From Bacilli bacterium (lineage in GTDB: Bacteria > Bacillota_I > Bacilli_A > RF39 > UBA660), in assembly GCA_017435485.1 (NCBI GenBank), contig JAFSEY010000007.1, positions 51,819 to 115,818 of the forward strand: 64,000 nucleotides of DNA, given 5' to 3'. The notes beneath the pieces are model-generated. The model was not told where the DNA came from, searched no databases, and saw nothing but the letters and a program-made list of their open reading frames with translations. The number at the start of each line of letters is the position of its first letter. The first letter of the stretch is position 1. Below are positions 29,856-38,507 of this stretch, in pieces. The position numbers and the translations under genes were made by a program.

Positions 29856-30218
29856 TTAATAATAATTTAAATCTTTTACTTGCAGAACTTTTTCTTCGCC
29901 TACAATATTTATTAAGGTTATTTTTTTGTCTTCATTCATTAATTCGGTAATAAATTCATTATTTATATAATTAAAATATTTAAAATTAACTTTATTTACC
30001 ATTATATAAATTTCTTTCATATCTTCTTTTTTATACCCTTTTACAATTGCCTTGCTTAACGCGGCTTGTTCTGCGGTTATGCAATCGCGAAATACGGGAT
30101 TTTTGATAGAAACTCCCGTAAATGCATGATCATCATTTGTTAAAACGATGGCGCTATATCCAATATAGTCATTAGGATGATAAGCATTTTTTAATAAATC
30201 AAATAATCTTTCATACAT
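29856..30218 (-). CDS. Cytidine-deaminase-fold protein lacking the zinc-binding motifs (degenerate Cdd paralog)
   Basis: Length and fold match Cdd (YSAIVLTNDDHAFTGVSIKN...AEQAALSKAIVKGYK...IYIMV), but CITAE replaces the C/HAE motif and the PCxxC motif is absent. Confidence 0.45.
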   Translation of the reverse strand: MYERLFDLLKNAYHPNDYIGYSAIVLTNDDHAFTGVSIKNPVFRDCITAEQAALSKAIVKGYKKEDMKEIYIMVNKVNFKYFNYINNEFITELMNEDKKITLINIVGEEKVLQVKDLNYY

Positions 30219-30231
30219 ATTTCTTCACCTT

Positions 30232-31107
30232 TTATTCTTTTATTATTACAACTTCTTCTAAAAACTTTTGATAATTTTTTTGATCAAAAGATAAATAAAC
30301 TATATTTTTATTATCTTTGGAAAATCCAACTAACATATAATAGTTGTTTTCATAATATATGTACCCTTCAGTTTCTTCATCTAAAATACCTAAATAACTA
30401 TATTCACTATTTAATAAAATATTTTTATAGCTTGTTAAGATGTCATTGGGGATTTCTTCATTTGTTTGAATAGTTATTTCTTCAGCTTCAATATTGTCTT
30501 CTATTCCTTTTAGGCTCATTGCCATAAAGGTATTATCATAATTGGTAATTTTGTATAATGTTGGAACGGAAATGTTATTTAATATTATATATTCTTGCTT
30601 ATCATAATCATCAAATTGAATTTTAGAATTTTCGGTAAAAGTGTAAAAAACTATTAATCCAACTATCGATATAATAGATAAAACCAAACATATTGTGTCC
30701 TTTTTCTGAGAATTTTTTAATATCTTACCAGTATATCCTAATATAGCAATAAATAAAGGTATACAAATCACTATATAAATAATAGTTTTTATAATTTTAA
30801 CTAACTCATTAATGTTTAACACCTTACTGTCCAACGCAAAACAAAAAACCATGATTATAAAAGCAAGTAAAAATGGGCCGAAAGAAAACAATAGAAATAA
30901 ACCGATAAATAATTTCAATCCAAAAGATGAAGATATAGCGTGTTTTCTTCCACACCTTGGGCAAACTGATGTTTTATAATTTATGTTTGTTCCGCAATAA
31001 TTGCATATCGCTTCGATTTTAGATTTATTCTTTTCGAAATTATGGCCACAAAACGGACATTTTATAGTATCGTTATTGATTTCATGATTACAATTTATAC
31101 ATTTCAT
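30232..31107 (-). CDS. Membrane protein with an N-terminal double zinc ribbon
   Basis: CINC..CPFCG...CNYCG...CPRCG, then four TM helices and a ~120-aa C-terminal domain. Confidence 0.35.
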   Translation of the reverse strand: MKCINCNHEINNDTIKCPFCGHNFEKNKSKIEAICNYCGTNINYKTSVCPRCGRKHAISSSFGLKLFIGLFLLFSFGPFLLAFIIMVFCFALDSKVLNINELVKIIKTIIYIVICIPLFIAILGYTGKILKNSQKKDTICLVLSIISIVGLIVFYTFTENSKIQFDDYDKQEYIILNNISVPTLYKITNYDNTFMAMSLKGIEDNIEAEEITIQTNEEIPNDILTSYKNILLNSEYSYLGILDEETEGYIYYENNYYMLVGFSKDNKNIVYLSFDQKNYQKFLEEVVIIKE

Positions 31108-31112
31108 ACTCC

Positions 31113-31274
31113 TTACACCCGCTTTTCTTTACTATTTATTAATATTTTACCATTATCATATTGATAATTTAAAGAGTTAGTTTTGCTAAGAACTGACTTA
31201 CCAAGCTTTTGTTTTAAATTATGGTGAGCATTTTTAGCAACTTGATATTTTCCATCTTTCGCTTCAAATTTCAT
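31113..31274 (-). CDS. Possible small protein (53 aa) in an operon with the Zn-ribbon membrane protein
   Basis: Not in the ORF track. Reverse-strand translation gives MKFEAKDGKYQVAKNAHHNLKQKLGKSVLSKTNSLNYQYDNGKILINSKEKRV. It ends 6 nt before the downstream gene's start, but has only a weak SD. Confidence 0.2.
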   Translation of the reverse strand: MKFEAKDGKYQVAKNAHHNLKQKLGKSVLSKTNSLNYQYDNGKILINSKEKRV

Positions 31275-31376
31275 TTACCTGAAAAAAGATTTATTATAGT
31301 ATCTAATTTGTTTTCGGCTATATAATTCTCCTTCAATAGCTATATTGCCAAAAAACAAACTATTTCCTTTTAAAAA

Positions 31377-31781
31377 TCAAATGTTTTTACCATCATTTAA
31401 AAAATCATTATTAAAATCATATGGACAAAGATCTTTAATTTTAAATTGTTTTTCTTCTTTGTCATTATTATAGCAATAAATTATAGTTTCCCTATCAAAG
31501 AATTCATTTAGTAGCTGGCGACACAAAAAGCACGGAACAATAATTTTTTCTCCTAAACCCATAATATAAATACTATCTAGATCACTCCTTTTATATCCGC
31601 TAGATACTGCACTACTTATAGCCACTTGTTCAGCACAAAGTCCATCTTTAGAACTTTTATTTTCAACATTTACACCATAAAATAATTTGCCATCTTTTGC
31701 TTTTATTACACAAGCAACTTGATATTTTGAATATGGCGAATAACTATTTTTTAACAAGTCTTTTAAAATATCTTTTATCAT
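31377..31781 (-). CDS. cdd: Cytidine deaminase (homotetrameric type)
   Basis: Canonical motifs SPYSKYQVACV, CAEQ and PCFLCRQ are all present. Confidence 0.8.
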   Translation of the reverse strand: MIKDILKDLLKNSYSPYSKYQVACVIKAKDGKLFYGVNVENKSSKDGLCAEQVAISSAVSSGYKRSDLDSIYIMGLGEKIIVPCFLCRQLLNEFFDRETIIYCYNNDKEEKQFKIKDLCPYDFNNDFLNDGKNI

Positions 31782-31843
31782 ATTGAACCTCTATTATTTA
31801 TTTAATAATACCACATTTTAAATAATTTGTGATAGTTTATTTC

Positions 31844-31870
31844 ATAAAAAAATGGTTTTAAATAACCATT
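31844..31870 (-). terminator. Terminator after the NPTTG surface protein gene
   Basis: AATGGTT-ATTTAAA-AACCATT hairpin followed by TTTTTTT on the minus strand. Confidence 0.5.
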
Positions 31871-33514
31871 TTAATTATTCTTCTTTGTAGTTAAAGAAAA
31901 TTTAAAACCAAATATAGAAACTATAATTAATAATCCATAAAGAATAAAATTATCTCCTGTTGTAGGATTGTTATCAACATTATTTATTGAATCCTTTTCT
32001 TCAGTTTTTGGTTCTTCTTTTACTTCAGTATTATTAGAATCTTCTTTTAGTTCTTCTTTTTCTTGTTTTTCTAAAACTATTTTTTCAAATTCAACTTTTA
32101 TTTCTACATTTTCATTAGGCATGATAAATTTATTATCTTTTACCTCTATTTCATTTGCTGTAACACTTTTTAATTTATAACCTTCTTTTGATATTATTGT
32201 TAGTGTTACGGTTTCACCATTTATTGCTGTATTTTTATCAGACCTAACTGTACCTTCAACTGTTTCTTTTACAGTAATTGTGTATCTAGTTCCAACAATA
32301 TAACTACCATCCTCTTGTTTAGAACTTTCTACATTTTTGTTTATATAATCTTCTATTACGTTAGAACTAAATTCACCACCGGATATAAATTCTTTAACAT
32401 TTTTATCAATATCTAAAGCCGGCTTTTTAGTATCCTCAGCAATAAAAGTACCACCATTAATTAAAAGACCTCCCTCAACTAATGAAGATGAAGTTGTTGT
32501 TTTATTGCCATCTTTATCTGTTGAGATACCTTCATATAAAGCGTTACCATTTTTACTTGTAAAAGTCGCTCCAGATATATTTATTTTAACATTATTAGAA
32601 TAATTTTTTGTGGCTGTAATACTAATTGCAGCTCCTGTAGCCTCTGAACCATTATAGTTTCCACTTGCTGGGTCATAATATTCTCCAGTGGCCGTAAAAT
32701 TTCCTCCTGTTATATTAAACTCTCCTGCTTTAATTGCAGCAGCTTCGGTTCCTGTAATATCACCAGCTGAAATATTCCATTTTGCGTAACCACTTGCAGA
32801 TAATGCTGGCGCACTATCTTTGGCCGGAACTCCAGTTGTACCTACTGTTGTAGTAATCTCTCCTCCTGTTATATTAATCACTGGAATATTTCCACTATCT
32901 TTTTTGATGTTCCCGTTGACAAATATTCCAACACTTCCGTCATTATAACCATTATTACCATTAATTGCGTTAATAGTTCCAGCAAGTTCAACTACAGCAC
33001 CATAAGATGCATTGTTTCCAGCGTGTCTTACAACAATACCATAATTAGCACTTAAACTAGCAGCTTCTTTTATGACAGCAGCAGCTTTTGTTATAGGGTC
33101 AGAATCAGTTTCACTGCCTGTAACACCTATAATTTTTCCACCATTACTAGTATTAGTAAAAGTACCGTTTTCTAATATTAAAGTAGTTCCAGGATACACA
33201 TCAAACATATAACCCGCTGTGTCAGTAGTTATTTTACCATTTCCAGTTATAGTTAGGATTCCACTACCGTTTAAAACAATTGTACTATTAACATCAAGAG
33301 TATGACTATTAAGGTCAATCGTTACCTCTCTACCCCCAGTAATTGTAATTGGGTCTGCCATGGTAAAATCTGATGTTATTTTACAAATGCTTTCAGTACC
33401 ACTTATACAATCACTTAAATCTGTTGAATTTGAAATCGCATTAACGTTTATAGTCAATGCTAGCAATGTTATAACAAACATTGAAAGGTAATTTAATTTC
33501 CTCACTTCTTCCAT
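31871..33514 (-). CDS. Cell-wall-anchored surface protein with parallel beta-helix-like Gly/Thr/Asn-rich repeats and a C-terminal NPTTG sorting signal
   Basis: Signal peptide, then ~350 aa of repetitive G/T/N/A-rich segments (ITGGEITTTVGTTG..., NITGGNFTATG..., ISGATFTSKNG...), a Glu/Lys-rich stalk, and an NPTTG + hydrophobic stretch + KKNN sorting signal (fits the class-B motif NPxTG/N). Confidence 0.5.
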   Translation of the reverse strand: MEEVRKLNYLSMFVITLLALTINVNAISNSTDLSDCISGTESICKITSDFTMADPITITGGREVTIDLNSHTLDVNSTIVLNGSGILTITGNGKITTDTAGYMFDVYPGTTLILENGTFTNTSNGGKIIGVTGSETDSDPITKAAAVIKEAASLSANYGIVVRHAGNNASYGAVVELAGTINAINGNNGYNDGSVGIFVNGNIKKDSGNIPVINITGGEITTTVGTTGVPAKDSAPALSASGYAKWNISAGDITGTEAAAIKAGEFNITGGNFTATGEYYDPASGNYNGSEATGAAISITATKNYSNNVKINISGATFTSKNGNALYEGISTDKDGNKTTTSSSLVEGGLLINGGTFIAEDTKKPALDIDKNVKEFISGGEFSSNVIEDYINKNVESSKQEDGSYIVGTRYTITVKETVEGTVRSDKNTAINGETVTLTIISKEGYKLKSVTANEIEVKDNKFIMPNENVEIKVEFEKIVLEKQEKEELKEDSNNTEVKEEPKTEEKDSINNVDNNPTTGDNFILYGLLIIVSIFGFKFSLTTKKNN

Positions 33515-33646
33515 CCTTTCTATGATAACTATAACACATATGATATTTTTTTAAAATATCAATATAATTTTAATTAATAACTTTACAGATAGACACTTTT
33601 ATTTTAACGTATATTCTTATATAATAAATTTAAAGGAATGATTTAA

Positions 33647-34495
33647 ATGAAAGAAAAAAAGAAGTTCCGTTTAAAGAAAAAATATAGAGCAATAATTAGA
33701 GTTACTTTTTTTACAATTTCTCTAACAATATTTATATTCAGTATATTTAAAATTATCTTATGGAACTTAGAAAATAGAAAAACCGAAAAACTAGAAAAAA
33801 AAATAATAGAAAAAACCGAAATAATTGAAATATCGGAAATAAACAATGAAGAAAACTCTAATTTAGTTAACGAACCAGTATTGCAAACAGACATATATTG
33901 GAAATATAAAGACACAGCGTTAATTGATGTCAATTTAAATGAACTAAAAAAAGATAACAAAGACACTATAGGTTGGATTCAAGTATTAGGGACAGATATT
34001 AATTATCCCTTTGTCCAAAGCGGAGATAATGATTATTATTTAAAACATGATTTTGCTAAAAGTAAAAATACTGGAGGATGGATATTTTTAGATTATCGAA
34101 ACAACATTAATAATTTAAATGATAATAATATTATTTATGGACATATGCGAAAAAACGGCTCAATGTTTGGCAGTTTAAAAAATGTATTAACAAGCAATTG
34201 GCAAAATAATTCCGATAATCATATCGTTAAAATATCTACTGAAGAATATAGTTATTTATTTCAAGTATTTAGCATATATACAATTCCAGTTGAAACATAT
34301 TATATTCAAACTGATTTTAGTGATATTGAAAACTATAAAAATTTTTTAAACACCATTGTCAATCGAAGTATTTATAATTTTAATACAGAAGTTAATGAAA
34401 AAACTAAAGTATTAACTTTATCAACATGTCATAACAATAATGACCGCTTAGTAGTTCACGCCAAATTAATAAAAGCAGAATCTAAAAATAATTAG
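33647..34495 (+). CDS. srtB: Class B sortase
   Basis: N-terminal anchor, then DTIGWIQVLGTDINYPFVQ, GWIFLDYRN, and the catalytic His (YGHM), TLSTCHNNNDRLVVHAKLI (TLxTC) and Arg motifs. Confidence 0.75.
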   Translation: MKEKKKFRLKKKYRAIIRVTFFTISLTIFIFSIFKIILWNLENRKTEKLEKKIIEKTEIIEISEINNEENSNLVNEPVLQTDIYWKYKDTALIDVNLNELKKDNKDTIGWIQVLGTDINYPFVQSGDNDYYLKHDFAKSKNTGGWIFLDYRNNINNLNDNNIIYGHMRKNGSMFGSLKNVLTSNWQNNSDNHIVKISTEEYSYLFQVFSIYTIPVETYYIQTDFSDIENYKNFLNTIVNRSIYNFNTEVNEKTKVLTLSTCHNNNDRLVVHAKLIKAESKNN

Positions 34496-34843
34496 TTTCT
34501 GCTTTTTAAGTTTTAACCTTGATTTGTTTTCCATTACAAATTACAACTGATGGTATTGATGATGTTAATCCAATTGTTGATCATCCTATTGAAAAGTTTG
34601 ATAATAAATTAGCAGATAACTAAACTTTTTTTGTTTCGATAGTTCTTAAAACTCATTGTTACTTTTTTCTTACATTAATTCAACTTTTCAATGTTACTTA
34701 GTACTTAAAAGCAAATGTTTTACTTATTTTTAAATATGATTATAAAACTTTTTGAGCAAAGTTAAGAATATTTTTTGGGAAAAGATTGACACAAAAAAAT
34801 TTCTCATTTGAGAAATTTTTAGTTTGAATTCAAAAAATATATT

Positions 34844-35470
34844 TTAAACTTGTTGAATCCTATTTCTAGTTAGTCCATGTAATGGCTGTGTAAATTCAAA
34901 ATATCCTTTTCCCATATCAGTTTGCTTTACATCGTTTACGTATTGATACGACTCTGTATCAATAGTTAATCCGTAATGATTTTTTAATTGCATTACCATT
35001 GCTGTATAGCAGGCAGTCGCTTTTAAATTATCTTTTTCATATTTAATCATTTTTGTTATCGGCAGCAAATAATTATACATTATGCTATGACATAACATCT
35101 TATTATTAGGATCATTTTTTATAGCACAGCTAATTAAAGGCCCAACCACATCGTATTCTAATAAAATATTTTGTTTTAGTGGATCAGGTTGAAGTATTTC
35201 ATTTCTAAACTTTCTCAAAGTTCTTAGCACAATGCAATCATCATTGTATCCCAAAGTATATACAACTATGGATGTTATAAAACATCCTGATTGTTGATTG
35301 CTTTTTTTAGATTCAATAGATTCTTTATAATATCTACAAGCCATATCTGTTTCTTCGTGATATCCACCACATTCCGTACAACGATATGTTTTCCATTCTC
35401 TGCCAAAATAAGAATGCTCTCTATAACTGTTTTGGTCTAAAAACATACAGGTTCCACATACTTTAGACAT
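34844..35470 (-). CDS. Hypothetical Cys-rich protein (N-terminal CxxC...CxxC zinc-ribbon-like)
   Basis: CGTCMF...CTECGG...C..., 208 aa, no family assignment. Confidence 0.3.
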   Translation of the reverse strand: MSKVCGTCMFLDQNSYREHSYFGREWKTYRCTECGGYHEETDMACRYYKESIESKKSNQQSGCFITSIVVYTLGYNDDCIVLRTLRKFRNEILQPDPLKQNILLEYDVVGPLISCAIKNDPNNKMLCHSIMYNYLLPITKMIKYEKDNLKATACYTAMVMQLKNHYGLTIDTESYQYVNDVKQTDMGKGYFEFTQPLHGLTRNRIQQV

Positions 35471-35524
35471 ATTATCTCCTCACTTAGCGGAATATAATAT
35501 ATCACGTATTATAAAAATATACAA

Positions 35525-36205
35525 TTATTTTATACGCACTCTTTGGAATACCTCATCATGAATTGATTCAATTTTTCTCATTTTATTATCTATATTACAC
35601 TTTACCATGTCCCACTCTAAGTATTTTGCAACAAACATAGCGTTATCATAAACCTTCTTCATAAATTCTAAGTCTTTTTCATGAATATCATTTTCTAGTC
35701 CTTCATAATTAACTCTTTTTTGTCTAATTTCGGTAACCAAATCAAATGGCGCATACAAAAATATTACTTTATCTGGTTTTTGAACCCCTAATCTTTCATA
35801 TTCAAAATCAACAACATAATCAATAAAATCTAGTTTTTCATTATAATCTTCTATCAAAGCACTTTGATAAATTAAACTCGAAGTCGTATATCTATCTAAT
35901 AATATAGTTTTTCCTTCTTCATATAATTTTTTTAATTTAGTATGCCACGCTACTGCTCTATCGGTTGCATATAAAGCATTTATAAAATATGGAGAAAGTT
36001 CACTAGGATGACCCATTTCTCCTGCTAAGTACTTTTCTACCGGAACTCCATGATATGTATTGTAAGAAGGAAAATGATGATATGCAATAGTTTCGCCTTC
36101 AAACTCTAACTTTTGTCTTAATAGTTCATATTGAGTTGTTTTGCCTATACCATCACAAGCACCTTCTATTACGATTAATTTTCCTTTTTCCATTATAACC
36201 CTCAC
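35525..36205 (-). CDS. Thymidylate kinase-like (dNMP kinase family) protein
   Basis: P-loop IVIEGACDGIGKTTQ and the DRY motif (LLDRYTTSSLIYQ) typical of Tmk. Confidence 0.55.
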   Translation of the reverse strand: MRVIMEKGKLIVIEGACDGIGKTTQYELLRQKLEFEGETIAYHHFPSYNTYHGVPVEKYLAGEMGHPSELSPYFINALYATDRAVAWHTKLKKLYEEGKTILLDRYTTSSLIYQSALIEDYNEKLDFIDYVVDFEYERLGVQKPDKVIFLYAPFDLVTEIRQKRVNYEGLENDIHEKDLEFMKKVYDNAMFVAKYLEWDMVKCNIDNKMRKIESIHDEVFQRVRIK

Positions 36206-36268
36206 TACTCCTAATTATTGTTTGTCTAACAATATTATATCAATTATTATGTTTTTTTAAATAATAAT

Positions 36269-37369
36269 CTATACTTTATTATTTGATTTATTTCTGCTTA
36301 TATTTAGAATTATGCCAATAGAAGCCATTGATACTAATAAACTACTTCCTCCATAAGATAAAAATGGTAATGTTACACCGGTAACGGGAATTACACTAAT
36401 TACAACCATCAAATTTAGCAAAGCTTGGATAATTAATCCAAAAGATAAACCAAACGCTAAGTATTTTCCAAAAAGATTATCACATTTTAAAGCGATATTT
36501 ATACAACGATAAAATATGAATAAAAAGAAACTTGTAACTATTAAAACTCCTAAGAAACCAAATTCTTCACTAATAATGGAAAAGATAAAATCAGTTTGCG
36601 GTTCAGGCAGATAAAAACTTTTTTGGCGTGATTGTAAAAAGCCTTGACCTAGTAATCCACCTGGCCCTATAGCGTACAAAGATTGAATAATTTGATAACC
36701 ACTACCTAATGGGTCACTCCAAGGATTTATAAAAGATAAAATTCTGGCGACTCGGTAAGGAGCCGCAATAATAAGCCCAACAATACCTAATAAACCTGCA
36801 CAACCAACTTTGACAAAGAAAGACATTTTAACTCCAGAGACGAAAATAACACAAACTAAAGTTAAAACAATAACCATTGCTGTTCCAAAATCCGGTTCTA
36901 GCATAATGAGTAAAAAAAAGATGGCTATTACTCCTATAAGCGGAAATACTCCTTTAATTATTTCTCTTAAACTTTTTTGGTTGTTAGATAAATATTTAGC
37001 TACATAAATAATTAAACCTATTTTAGCAAATTCACTAGGTTGGATACCGAAAGATCCGATTCCGAACCAGCTACGTGATCCATTTCTTATTTTTCCGATT
37101 CCCGGAATTAAAACTAAAGCCAACAAGAGAAAACAACCTAGTAATATTAAATTAGCTTTTTTCTTATAAAATTTGTAATCAAATTTAGATAAAAATAGCA
37201 TTAAAAATATCCCAACAATAAAAAATAGACCTTGCGCTTTAACATATTTAAAAGCATCATTAAATTTATACGCTGCCCAAATAGAACTAGCTGAGTAAAT
37301 CATAAGCAAACCAAAAACGGCTAGCAATATAACCGCAACAAATAAATGCCAATCACATTTTTTATTCAT
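36269..37369 (-). CDS. ftsW: SEDS-family peptidoglycan glycosyltransferase FtsW/SpoVE
   Basis: 10-TM SEDS protein (GSRSWF, PSEFAK, LPEPQTDFIFS). Confidence 0.8.
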   Translation of the reverse strand: MNKKCDWHLFVAVILLAVFGLLMIYSASSIWAAYKFNDAFKYVKAQGLFFIVGIFLMLFLSKFDYKFYKKKANLILLGCFLLLALVLIPGIGKIRNGSRSWFGIGSFGIQPSEFAKIGLIIYVAKYLSNNQKSLREIIKGVFPLIGVIAIFFLLIMLEPDFGTAMVIVLTLVCVIFVSGVKMSFFVKVGCAGLLGIVGLIIAAPYRVARILSFINPWSDPLGSGYQIIQSLYAIGPGGLLGQGFLQSRQKSFYLPEPQTDFIFSIISEEFGFLGVLIVTSFFLFIFYRCINIALKCDNLFGKYLAFGLSFGLIIQALLNLMVVISVIPVTGVTLPFLSYGGSSLLVSMASIGIILNISRNKSNNKV

Positions 37370-37430
37370 ATAAATATCCCCTATTTAATTTTATTTTTTT
37401 AAATAAAAAAAAGACTATAAAAGTCTTTAA

Positions 37431-38423
37431 TTATAACCAAACACCATATGTAATAGCTAACATACTTAAAAGTAATCCTACTGTCCAAAATAATTTTATA
37501 ATATCTGTTTCCGCCCAACCTAACTCTTCAAAGTGATGATGCAAAGGAGCTTTTTTTAATATTTTTTTATTAAATTTTTTTATTGCAAGTATTTGAAACA
37601 TACTACTTAAAGTTTCAATAACAAATACTCCACCAATTAAAACTAATGAAAATTCATGTCTAGTTAATATGGCAATTGTAGCAAGTGCAGCCCCTAATGA
37701 TAATGATCCTAAATCCCCCATAAATACTTTGGCAGGATGAGAATTAAAGACTAAGAATCCTAATAATGATCCTACTAATATGAATGAAAATATAGCAACT
37801 TCTTGATATCCTTCCATCCAACCAGTATTCCAAGCAATAATCCCAAAAGCTAAAAAAGCAATAGCAGAAAGCCCTGCAGCTAGACCATCTAAACCATCAG
37901 TTATATTTACTGCATTACTACTTCCAACCAAAACTAATAAAATAAATAAACCAAAGGTCCATCCTAGAGGGATTTCTATATTTAAGAAAGTAAACTCTAA
38001 AGTTGAAGATCCTCCATTTCGCATAAAGATATAGAAAAATATTAAAGCAATAACCATTTGGATCAAAAATTTAGTTGAAATAGCAAGTCCTTTATTATTT
38101 TTATATTTAACTTTAAGCCAATCATCAGCAAAACCTAATAATGCATATGCTAAAAAAACAAAAACTAAAATAATTAAATTATGACTTATTTCAATACTTC
38201 CTCTAATATACAAGAAAATTAAAGATGCTATTACTGAAAAAATAAAGATAATTCCACCCATTGTTGGAGTTCCATTTTTCTTCAAATGTCTTTCATTTAT
38301 TGTTTTACTGACACTTTGACCTATATGTAATTTTCTTAAAATGGGAATTACGATTAACCCTAAAAGAATTGAACTAGCAAATCCCAGCATCATGGCCATG
38401 ACAGCTTTAGCTAATACCAACAT
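37431..38423 (-). CDS. mraY: Phospho-N-acetylmuramoyl-pentapeptide transferase
   Basis: Full-length MraY (NTPTMGG, DDWLKV, NAVNITDGLDGLA, HHHFE). Confidence 0.85.
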   Translation of the reverse strand: MLVLAKAVMAMMLGFASSILLGLIVIPILRKLHIGQSVSKTINERHLKKNGTPTMGGIIFIFSVIASLIFLYIRGSIEISHNLIILVFVFLAYALLGFADDWLKVKYKNNKGLAISTKFLIQMVIALIFFYIFMRNGGSSTLEFTFLNIEIPLGWTFGLFILLVLVGSSNAVNITDGLDGLAAGLSAIAFLAFGIIAWNTGWMEGYQEVAIFSFILVGSLLGFLVFNSHPAKVFMGDLGSLSLGAALATIAILTRHEFSLVLIGGVFVIETLSSMFQILAIKKFNKKILKKAPLHHHFEELGWAETDIIKLFWTVGLLLSMLAITYGVWL

Positions 38424-38507
38424 AATAGCACCTCTTTCTTATTACATATTATACTACAAAGATAGTTTTTTAACATTTTATTGAAATTTATTTGACATTT
38501 ATTTACG

